From: Minisyncoccia bacterium
Lineage (GTDB): Bacteria > Patescibacteriota > Minisyncoccia > Phycocordibacterales > DATDWN01
Assembly: GCA_049297675.1 (NCBI GenBank)
Contig: JBAQUS010000017.1
Coordinates: 7,456-71,455, forward strand
DNA length: 64,000 nt
Reading direction: 5' to 3'
The notes beneath the pieces were generated by a model. The model searched no databases. It had not been told where the DNA came from and worked only from the letters and a program-made list of their open reading frames with translations. This document shows positions 27,053 to 35,386 of this stretch, one piece after another (within the stretch, counting starts at the first letter, position 1; the number at the start of each line of letters is the position of its first letter). Made by a program: the position numbers and the translations under genes.

Positions 27053-30000
27053 ATTCCATCAGTCTAATTTTATCAATAAGTACAGACTTTTCACCGTTTC
27101 TAAGTGACACTGAGCCTTTTATAACCACACAATTCTCAACAGCAAACAGTCCACTACTTTCTTCTGTCAGTATTTTTGGAAAAGCTACGGCTTCGATCGA
27201 GTCCGATAAGTCTGAGACTTTCAAAAAATACATTTTCTCCCCCTTTTTGGTCATGACAGGACGAAGTTCCTCTATGATTCCCCCAAAAACAACTTCATCT
27301 TTGTCTTTTTTACTTTCTTTTATTTTTTTTATATTTAAATTTTTATTTTCAAGTTTATCTTTGTAACTATCAAGAGGATGACCTGAAATATAAAGTCCTA
27401 AAAGTTCTTTCTCCCACATGAGTTTGTCTCCCTGGGTAGTTTTTCCATTAAGTTCGAGTTTTATTTCAGTGGCTTTTATTTCTGTACCAAAGAAAAGAGA
27501 AGTTTGGTCTCCCATGTCCTGTCTTTCTTCTCTACTAAACTGAAGCATCTTATCAATATTTGATAGAAGCATTGATCGATCATCGCTTCCACCAGCTAGG
27601 GAGTCCATCGCTCCAGCCTTTATGAGAGATTCAAGAGATTTTTTGTTCAAATTTTTATCTTTTACTCTTCTTAGAAAATCTGAAAGGGAAGTGAACTCTC
27701 CGTTTTTCTTTCTTTCCTCGACAATTGAGTGAGCGATACCTTCGCCAAAGTTTTTGATGGTTGAAAGTCCGAATCTAATAGTGTCCGGGATAGAAGTATG
27801 AAGTTCGATGTTCGATTTATTCACGCCGAAACCCTCAAATGATTTGTTTACATCTGGTGGTAGAACCGGAATTCCCATTCTTTTACATTCGTTTATAACC
27901 TCCGCCACCGTCTCTATATTTCCGGATTCTGCAGTCAGAACTGCTGACATATATATTGCAGGGAAGTTGGCCTTCATGTAAGCGGTCTGGTATGCAACTT
28001 TACCGTAGCTAACAGCGTGGGCCATATTAAAACCATAACCTTGGAAGGGCTCAAATAAATTCCAAAGTTCTTCTGCTTTTTTCTCTGACATGCCACCGTG
28101 TTTCTGACTACCCTCAACGAACTTTATATGTTGCTTCTTCATTTCTTCTGGGATTTTCTTTCCGACAGCTTTTCGAAATTTATCTACTTCTCCCCAGTCG
28201 TATCCTGCCACCTCAATAGCAGTGTAAAGAAGGTCGTCTTGGTAAACAAGTACCCCAAATGTTTTGTCTAGAAAGTTCTTCATTTTTGGATGCAAATACA
28301 CAATTGGTTTTTTCCCGTGTTTTCTGGCTATGTACTCGTTTATGTTATCCATCGGTCCTGGACGGTAAAGTGCTACCATAACGTTTATGTCATGAATGAC
28401 AGTTGGTTTTAGGTCTTTCAAGGCTCTAGTCATACCGTCGCCGTTTAATTGGAAAAGTCCTATTGTTTCTCCGCGAGCCAGCATGTCAAAAGTCTTTTTA
28501 TCATCCACAGGAACATTTTCAATATCAATTTTAATTCCCTCTATTTTTTCCACTCTTTTGACACTATCTGCCAAAATAGAAAGATTACGAATCCCAAGAA
28601 AGTCGAATTTCAGTAATCCCACGCCATCCTCACCGACTGAATGCATATCATATTGTGTGATGATCTTATGCTGTCCGTTTTCTCCACCTTTTGTATCGTA
28701 TTGAAGTGGTACATAGTCGATAAGTGGTGTTGGTGCCATAACCACTCCCGCGGCATGAACTGATATATGCCTTGCACATCCTTCGATTTTCTTAGCCATA
28801 TCAATAATTTTTTTGACATCAGGCTCTTCTTTATATCTTCGAGAAAGTTCTGGCTCTTCTTTCAGTGCTCTGTCAATTGTCATGGGGAAGCCTTGCTTAC
28901 CAAGAGGAATAAGCTTGGATATTGAGTCTCCGAGACTGTATGGAAATCCTAAAGCACGTGTGACATCTCGAACTGCCCCTCTAGCGGCCATTGTTCCAAA
29001 TGTTCCTATTTGTGCCACTTTGTCTTCACCATATTTTTTCTTGGCATATTCAATAACCTCATCGCGTCTATTATCTGCAAAGTCCATATCGATGTCCGGT
29101 GCTGATGGTCTGTAAGGATTCAGAAATCTCTCAAATGGCAAGTTGTATTCAAGTGGGTTTACGTTTGTAATTCCAGATAGGAAAGTAACTAAAGATCCAG
29201 CCACAGAGCCTCTAATAGTTGTTAAAATTCCGTTTTCATGAGCAAAATTTAAAAGATCGGAAACCACTAGAAAGTATGGCGCATAACCCTTATCTTTAAT
29301 TATTTTGAGCTCGTATTCCATTCTCTCCACAATCTCTTTAGTTTTTTCCAGCTTTCTCTTTTTTATTCCTTCCACGGTAATTCTTCGGAGTTCATCATCG
29401 TAAGAAAGTCCACTTTCCACAACGTAGTTGGGTAGCGACCATTTGCCTATCTCGATTTCCAGGTTACATCTCTCAACTATTTTCTCAATATTTTCTATTG
29501 CCTCTGGTATGTTTTTAAAAAATTCTAAAGCATCACTTTGGCTAATGAACGAAAAATTTTCTTCTTTAAATTCCAACTTCTCATCGTTTTGAGATGCAAC
29601 TGCTATGAGAGTTTGCCTAGCTTCACGATCCTCAGGGTGGAGATAATAAACATCATGTGATGCAACCAGAGGCGTGTTGGTTTTTTTTGCAAACTCAACA
29701 ACTTTTTGCATTGTTTCCTCGTGCCCCTTCATTTCTGGATGATGTGTAATTTCGAGAAAAAAATTTTCTTCACTATTCTTATTAAAAACGCTTTTATACC
29801 AATCCAATCTTTCTAGTGCTTGGTTCTGGTTTGCAAGTTTAATAGACAGAACGATATCACTCGAAAAAGATGGGGCAATAGCGATAAGCCCATCAGAGTA
29901 CTTTTCTAGTAGTTCGTTATCAATTCTCGGCTTATAATAAAAGCCTTCGAGGTGAGCATAAGTTACGAGCTTTATGAGATTTTTGTATCCAATATCATTT

Positions 30001-30278
30001 TTGGCTAGAAGGACCAGGCGATATCTTTCTTTATCAATTGACTGCTTATCTTTTCTTCCTCTTATTGCTACATAAGCGTCGATTCCAATAATTGGTTTTA
30101 CACCCTTTTTCTTACATTGAATGTAAAACTCAATTGCTCCATAGAGATTACAGTTATCCGTCAAAGCCAAGGCAGACATGTCATTTTTCTTTGCCTCGTC
30201 AATCAAATCTTTAATTTTCGGCAAGGCATTAAGAAGAGAGTAGTGGCTATGTGTATGGAGATGGGTAAATTTTGACAT
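27051..30278 (-). CDS. dnaE: DNA polymerase III alpha subunit
   Basis: PHP domain (HLHTHSHYS) and polymerase core motifs. Start placed at MSKFTHLHTHS, which has a TATAAT 6 nt upstream. Confidence 0.95.
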   Translation of the reverse strand: MSKFTHLHTHSHYSLLNALPKIKDLIDEAKKNDMSALALTDNCNLYGAIEFYIQCKKKGVKPIIGIDAYVAIRGRKDKQSIDKERYRLVLLAKNDIGYKNLIKLVTYAHLEGFYYKPRIDNELLEKYSDGLIAIAPSFSSDIVLSIKLANQNQALERLDWYKSVFNKNSEENFFLEITHHPEMKGHEETMQKVVEFAKKTNTPLVASHDVYYLHPEDREARQTLIAVASQNDEKLEFKEENFSFISQSDALEFFKNIPEAIENIEKIVERCNLEIEIGKWSLPNYVVESGLSYDDELRRITVEGIKKRKLEKTKEIVERMEYELKIIKDKGYAPYFLVVSDLLNFAHENGILTTIRGSVAGSLVTFLSGITNVNPLEYNLPFERFLNPYRPSAPDIDMDFADNRRDEVIEYAKKKYGEDKVAQIGTFGTMAARGAVRDVTRALGFPYSLGDSISKLIPLGKQGFPMTIDRALKEEPELSRRYKEEPDVKKIIDMAKKIEGCARHISVHAAGVVMAPTPLIDYVPLQYDTKGGENGQHKIITQYDMHSVGEDGVGLLKFDFLGIRNLSILADSVKRVEKIEGIKIDIENVPVDDKKTFDMLARGETIGLFQLNGDGMTRALKDLKPTVIHDINVMVALYRPGPMDNINEYIARKHGKKPIVYLHPKMKNFLDKTFGVLVYQDDLLYTAIEVAGYDWGEVDKFRKAVGKKIPEEMKKQHIKFVEGSQKHGGMSEKKAEELWNLFEPFQGYGFNMAHAVSYGKVAYQTAYMKANFPAIYMSAVLTAESGNIETVAEVINECKRMGIPVLPPDVNKSFEGFGVNKSNIELHTSIPDTIRFGLSTIKNFGEGIAHSIVEERKKNGEFTSLSDFLRRVKDKNLNKKSLESLIKAGAMDSLAGGSDDRSMLLSNIDKMLQFSREERQDMGDQTSLFFGTEIKATEIKLELNGKTTQGDKLMWEKELLGLYISGHPLDSYKDKLENKNLNIKKIKESKKDKDEVVFGGIIEELRPVMTKKGEKMYFLKVSDLSDSIEAVAFPKILTEESSGLFAVENCVVIKGSVSLRNGEKSVLIDKIRLME

Positions 30279-30369
30279 AAAAACATTATAGCATTTCAAA
30301 TTGTTTTCCTTCCTGATTATACTGTTGACTATAAGTAATTTTATTGTTATTTTGTTCTCGGAGGTTTGC

Positions 30370-30819
30370 ATGAGTTTACCGATGGTCGAAGGAAGAGAGC
30401 TTCAATGGTCGTCACTCACAGATTTTGAAAGGGCGTGTCTCGTCCAAATCGGTGAGGAGGTGGTGAGTCCGAATCCAAACACGCACCTCATCAAGATTCT
30501 CTGTGATGCGGTGCGTCTTGCGAGGCAGTGTGCGGACAATCCACCACTCATTTCCATCGAGGATGATCAAACGAGGCTCAGGAAAATCGCACTTAAGCAG
30601 ATAACCAGCGTAGTCAACAAATATCGACGGAAGGACGGATCTGGTCGTCTCCTTCCAGAGTATGATTGGGGAGGTCAGAGAAACTTCCTCATCCGTGACA
30701 TTTTAGAGACTGCTCTGAATGTTGCATTCTGCATTGAGGGTGCGTCAACCGGATTTCATTCCCGAGATTCCAATCGGGTTTATCATGACAGTCCAGTCAA
30801 CAACGCCCCTCGGGGCTAA
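30370..30819 (+). CDS. hypothetical protein (149 aa), GC-elevated cassette divergent from dnaE
   Basis: GGAGG RBS, a TTGACT-N17-TATTTT promoter, and a GGGGTCAC...GTGACCCC hairpin downstream. No recognised domain. Confidence 0.4.
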   Translation: MSLPMVEGRELQWSSLTDFERACLVQIGEEVVSPNPNTHLIKILCDAVRLARQCADNPPLISIEDDQTRLRKIALKQITSVVNKYRRKDGSGRLLPEYDWGGQRNFLIRDILETALNVAFCIEGASTGFHSRDSNRVYHDSPVNNAPRG

Positions 30820-30877
30820 ACACTGGGGTCACCGCCAAAAGCGAGTGACCCCTCACCATATGTGTTAAAATTTTGTT

Positions 30878-31519
30878 ATGAATTATGTTGTCGGTATAGA
30901 TGAAGTTGGAAGGGGACCACTGGCTGGGCCTGTCACTGTCTGTCTGGTTTGTTGCGAAGATAGATTATATAGAAAGTTAAAGCAAAATAGAAGTTTACCC
31001 AAATTAGGTCAAGACAGCAAAAAAATCTCAGAAAAAAATCGCCAGAAATACTCCTTGACCCTGAAGTCCCTAATGTCAAAGACGGTCTTTGACATTTCCA
31101 AAGGGGACCCCTTTGGGAATGAGATTGGAATGTGGTATGTAGTTAATCATGTTTCAAACAGAGTAATTGACCAAAAGGGAATTTCTTTTGCGATTGAAGG
31201 GGCTATTGCCACAGGAATTAAGGGGTTAAATTTAGATGCAAAAAATTGCATAATTTTGCTTGACGGAGGATTAAGAGTGCCGAAAAATTTTAAACAGAAA
31301 ACAATAATAAAGGGCGACGAGAGGGAAAAAATAATTAGCTGGGCTTCGATTTTGGCAAAAGTTTCGAGGGATGATCTGATGATAAATTTGAGTAGGAAGT
31401 ACTCATTTTATGGTTTTGATAAACACAAAGGCTATGGCACCAAACACCACAGAGAAATGATCCTGGAATTTGGCTTAAGCAAAATTCACCGCAAAACCTT
31501 CTGCAAAAAATTGATTTAG
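30878..31519 (+). CDS. rnhB: ribonuclease HII
   Basis: GIDEVGRGPLAGPV active-site motif. Confidence 0.9.
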   Translation: MNYVVGIDEVGRGPLAGPVTVCLVCCEDRLYRKLKQNRSLPKLGQDSKKISEKNRQKYSLTLKSLMSKTVFDISKGDPFGNEIGMWYVVNHVSNRVIDQKGISFAIEGAIATGIKGLNLDAKNCIILLDGGLRVPKNFKQKTIIKGDEREKIISWASILAKVSRDDLMINLSRKYSFYGFDKHKGYGTKHHREMILEFGLSKIHRKTFCKKLI

Positions 31520-31605
31520 TGTTGTCAATTTGCATTTATTAATTGTCTTGAAATCTTATTTTACAAGAATGTTAATTTATGATAATGTCAAATCGGAGGT
31601 AGGTC

Positions 31606-32046
31606 ATGTCCCACTTTTCCGGAGCAGTAATCTGGGAGGAGCGGGATGGAGAAATCTACCTGCTCATTCAAGAGTTTGAGACAACTAACCCTCGTTTTCG
31701 AATAAAGAAAGGAAAAAAGTTTCCTGGTGGGAGAAGTGTACCTGGAGAGTCTCCAGAACAGACCCTACACAGGGAGCTTCTCGAGGAGTTGTGGGTTTGT
31801 GTGAGTGGTGAGATGGTACAGATTGCTGTGGTTCCTTCAAACAGTAATCACACAATGTATTTTTTTCTAATCCATATCTCACAACTTAAGGGGGACATTT
31901 GGAATGAGGTTGTCGATGATGGACAGTCGAAAATTCAGCCTCTAGTTTCAGTAAGAGCTAATAAAGTCGGAAGTCTACCAGGCTTTCTTGATTCACATCA
32001 ACCTGCCTTGTTGGTTACACTTCGTCGCTTTGGACTCGTGGGATAG
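31606..32046 (+). CDS. Nudix hydrolase (GC-elevated cassette)
   Basis: Nudix box GGRSVPGESPEQTLHRELLEELWV and a GGAGG RBS. Confidence 0.7.
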   Translation: MSHFSGAVIWEERDGEIYLLIQEFETTNPRFRIKKGKKFPGGRSVPGESPEQTLHRELLEELWVCVSGEMVQIAVVPSNSNHTMYFFLIHISQLKGDIWNEVVDDGQSKIQPLVSVRANKVGSLPGFLDSHQPALLVTLRRFGLVG

Positions 32047-32159
32047 GACTCTCAATCGTTCTATTCCACGAGAAATACCCCGACACTGTCGTGGTTTTTT
32101 TATAGATAAACTGTTCTAAATTTGTAATTTCTTAGCAAACATGTTAGTCTTTTCACACT

Positions 32160-32378
32160 ATGGTAGTACGAATGCGACATACAAAAAGTCAGCGAAACAG
32201 AACGAGATCACATCATCGTTTAGACAAACCTGCCATAACTTTGGACAAAAACTCAAACGTTCCACATCTTCGTCACAGAGCTTCACTCGTGACAGGACAA
32301 TACAAAGGCAGAATGGTCATTGATGTTCAAGCTAAGATTGCTAAGAAAGCTAAGAAGAATAAAAAAGAAGGTAGATAA
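32160..32378 (+). CDS. rpmF: 50S ribosomal protein L32
   Basis: MVVRMRHTKSQRNRTRSHHRL...PHLRHR L32 signature. Confidence 0.8.
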   Translation: MVVRMRHTKSQRNRTRSHHRLDKPAITLDKNSNVPHLRHRASLVTGQYKGRMVIDVQAKIAKKAKKNKKEGR

Positions 32379-32479
32379 GAGGAATAGTACATAAATAGAT
32401 AGGATTTGGTTTTGGGGACTATGCAAATTTTTTGTTATTTGATATCCTGTAACTAGTTACTAAATGCTAGACACAAAAA

Positions 32480-33370
32480 ATGGCAAACAGGCACCTTTCC
32501 AGATCGATAGTTCTTCAATCACTCTTTGAGTGGGATTTTTCGTCCAAAAATCCTGCAGATTCAGACGAAATTTTTGATCGTAATCTGAAAGAGTTCGCTC
32601 CTGGTGCTGGGGATAAGCCTTTCATGGACAATCTCATGAAGGGTGTAATGGATAAAAGAAGAGATATAGATTTAATTATAGAAAAAGCCGCACCTGATTG
32701 GCCAATAGATAAGATAAGTGTCATAGACAGAAATATTTTAAGGATCGGTCTTTATGAACTTTTGTTTTCAGACAGAAAAGAAGTTCCTCCAAAAGTTGCT
32801 ATAAACGAGGCTATCGAGCTTTCTAAAACATTCGGTGGTGATACATCTAGCAAGTTCGTAAATGGAGTTTTGGGAGCAGTTTACAAAGAGCTTGGTGAAC
32901 CAGGCAAGGAACAAGTTTCAAAGGTTAAAAATAAAGGTGAAGGTGCTGTTGTGACAAATGAATACCTTGGTGGAGCAGTGGTCTTTGCCAGGGATGGAGA
33001 GGAGGTTTACCTTGCTCTGGTACATGATGTTTTTGGAAGGTGGACCCTATCTAAGGGTCATATTGATGATAATACAAATCAAATTGATGGGATCAAGGTC
33101 ATAATAAAGACTGAACTTGGTTTAAATATTGAAGTGAAAGAAAAGCTAGGTGAAAATGAGTATGTTGCTTATCATCCTGAAAAAGGAAAGATAAGAAAAC
33201 ATGTCATATATTATTTGGCAGAGTCTGCGTTTGTTGATATAACAAGAGAGATAAAAGGTGGTCTTGATGATGCAAAATGGTTTAAGCTCGCTGACATACT
33301 TGACCTTAATTTTTATGGTGATATATTGCCGATAGTTACGAAAGCGATTAATATATTGTTAAAGAAGTAA
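32480..33370 (+). CDS. nusB: NusB antitermination factor fused to a C-terminal Nudix-like domain
   Basis: N-terminal NusB helices (RSIVLQSLFEWDF, ILRIGLYELLF). The C-terminal ~140 aa has a Nudix-like GHIDD...ELGL segment. Confidence 0.75.
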   Translation: MANRHLSRSIVLQSLFEWDFSSKNPADSDEIFDRNLKEFAPGAGDKPFMDNLMKGVMDKRRDIDLIIEKAAPDWPIDKISVIDRNILRIGLYELLFSDRKEVPPKVAINEAIELSKTFGGDTSSKFVNGVLGAVYKELGEPGKEQVSKVKNKGEGAVVTNEYLGGAVVFARDGEEVYLALVHDVFGRWTLSKGHIDDNTNQIDGIKVIIKTELGLNIEVKEKLGENEYVAYHPEKGKIRKHVIYYLAESAFVDITREIKGGLDDAKWFKLADILDLNFYGDILPIVTKAINILLKK

Positions 33371-33460
33371 TCGCGATACGAATCTACGAATACATACGAA
33401 TAGTCAATGCTCTCACAAGTAGAGAAAAGACAAATATTCGCATTATTCGCATAAATTCGT
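33371..33460. repeat. intergenic CGAAT-array element, copy 3
   Basis: ACGAAT x3 at 9-10 bp phase, then ATTCGCATTATTCGCATAAATTCGTA. Confidence 0.65.
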
Positions 33461-33481
33461 ATATTGGCATCGGTACCATTT

Positions 33482-34171
33482 ATGGATCTTGAAGAATTTC
33501 AAAAATCAATAGGAGTAACATTTAAAGACAAAACCCTTCTTCAGCAGGCTTTTGTTCATCGTTCATACATAAACGAAAACAGAAGCTCAGGATTGTCCCA
33601 TAATGAAAGACTGGAATTTTTGGGCGATGCTGTATTAGAACTTGTTATAACCGATTTTTTATACAAAAAATATCCAGAAAAAGCAGAGGGAGAGCTGACT
33701 TCGTACAGATCTGCCTTAGTTAACGCCGACACATGTGCTGGGGTTGCAACAAAACTTAGCATGGGCGATTACCTCATGTTATCAAAAGGTGAGAGTAAGG
33801 ATACAGGAAGGGCAAGACAATATATTTTAGCAAATGCACTGGAGGCACTTATTGGTGCTACATATCTTGATCAAGGTATGGAAGGCGCTAAAGTGTTCAT
33901 CGAGAAGAATTTTACGCTCATGATAGATAAAATTATTGAGGAGAAAAGTCATGTGGATAGTAAGTCCTTTTTTCAAGAAAAAGCTCAAGAGTATGATTCT
34001 GTAACGCCTTCATATAAAACCATTAAAGAAATTGGTCCAGATCACGAAAAGAAATTTACAGTAGGAGTTTATATTGGTAAAGAATTAATTGCCAATGGTG
34101 AGGGAGTTTCCAAGCAAGAAGCAGAACAAAACGCTGCTAAATCCGCATTAGAAAAAAGAGGGTGGAACTAA
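33482..34171 (+). CDS. rnc: ribonuclease III
   Basis: ERLEFLGDAVL catalytic motif and a C-terminal dsRBD. Confidence 0.9.
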   Translation: MDLEEFQKSIGVTFKDKTLLQQAFVHRSYINENRSSGLSHNERLEFLGDAVLELVITDFLYKKYPEKAEGELTSYRSALVNADTCAGVATKLSMGDYLMLSKGESKDTGRARQYILANALEALIGATYLDQGMEGAKVFIEKNFTLMIDKIIEEKSHVDSKSFFQEKAQEYDSVTPSYKTIKEIGPDHEKKFTVGVYIGKELIANGEGVSKQEAEQNAAKSALEKRGWN

Positions 34172-34243
34172 CGCCAAGGGAAATCATACTCTTTTCCTAG
34201 AACGTGCTTTTTCCGTTATGGTAAATTTTGCTATACTTAATAT

Positions 34244-35257
34244 GTGAAAAGGAAAAATATTTCTGGAGGTAATACTCAGGACGTTGTTATTTATAGAAGT
34301 TCTGAAGGCAACGTAACTTTAAGAGCTGACATAAGTAAGGACACTATATGGGCGACACAAGCACAGATTGCTGAACTTTTCGGTGTTGATAGAACAGTAA
34401 TAACCAAACATATTCGTAATATTTTTCGTGAAAGAGAACTTCAGGAAAAGGCAGTATGTGCAAAATTTGCACATACTGCAGGTGATGGGAAAACATATAA
34501 TGTTCAGTATTATAATCTTGATGCAGTAATTTCAGTTGGATATAGAATAAATTCTAAACAAGCAACACAGTTTAGAATTTGGGCAACTGAAACTCTCCAT
34601 GATTACATTATTCATGGAATGGCAGTAAATACAGAAAGAATAAAGAAATTAAATAACTCTAAACTTCAAGATTTAAATAGTAAAATTTCTTTCATACAGG
34701 AAACAATAAGAAGAAAACAGCTTGACCAAGAAGAGGTAGATAGTTTACTTTCAGTTATTCGTGACTATGCAAATTCATGGACTTTTCTTCAGAAATACGA
34801 TGATGGGAGTTTGGAACTGACAAAGAGTAAAACAAAAGAAAAATCTGTTTTAGAGTATGGTTTTGTCAGGAGTTCGATTGATGAATTGACTAGAAAATTG
34901 AGACAAAAAGATGAGGCGGGCGATTTGTTTGGTAATGAAAGGGACGAGACTTTCAAGGGAATATTAAAGGGAATTTATCAGTCATTTGGTAGTAAGGAAA
35001 TTTATGATGGTTTGGAGGTTAAGGCTGCACATCTTCTATATTTTATAATAAAAGATCATCCATTTTCCGATGGCAACAAACGCATTGGCTCTTTTCTGTT
35101 CATTCTATTTTTAGAATTAAATAAAATATTATATAACAGAAAAGGTGATAGAAAAATTACAGATAATACACTTGTTGCTCTAGCACTTTTGGTTGCTGAA
35201 AGTGACCCAAAAGAAAAAGAAACAATGGTAGCTCTAATAACAAATCTCTTAAAATAA
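34244..35257 (+). CDS. RhuM-family N-terminal domain fused to a Doc/Fic domain (HPFSDGNKR)
   Basis: RhuM-like IWATQAQIAELFGV...YNLDAVISVGYRINS, and the C-terminal Fic/Doc motif HxFxDGNKR. GTG start. Confidence 0.75.
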   Translation: MKRKNISGGNTQDVVIYRSSEGNVTLRADISKDTIWATQAQIAELFGVDRTVITKHIRNIFRERELQEKAVCAKFAHTAGDGKTYNVQYYNLDAVISVGYRINSKQATQFRIWATETLHDYIIHGMAVNTERIKKLNNSKLQDLNSKISFIQETIRRKQLDQEEVDSLLSVIRDYANSWTFLQKYDDGSLELTKSKTKEKSVLEYGFVRSSIDELTRKLRQKDEAGDLFGNERDETFKGILKGIYQSFGSKEIYDGLEVKAAHLLYFIIKDHPFSDGNKRIGSFLFILFLELNKILYNRKGDRKITDNTLVALALLVAESDPKEKETMVALITNLLK

Positions 35258-35276
35258 AAAGAATGTATCCCGTTAG

Positions 35277-35386
35277 AGATTGTCCAGTTAAATCTTGCTA
35301 ATTTTAGTGTTATAATTTAAGTTAGTGATTTTTTTATTAATAATAATCAACTTCGGAAATTAAAAATTTCCTATCTCTAACGGGAT
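35277..35386. promoter_or_regulatory. inverted-repeat pair ATCCCGTTAGAGAT (35277-35290) / ATCTCTAACGGGAT (35373-35386) ending at the smc ATG
   Basis: 14-bp perfect arms 82 bp apart. Same CCCGTTAGAG core as at gap. Confidence 0.6.
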
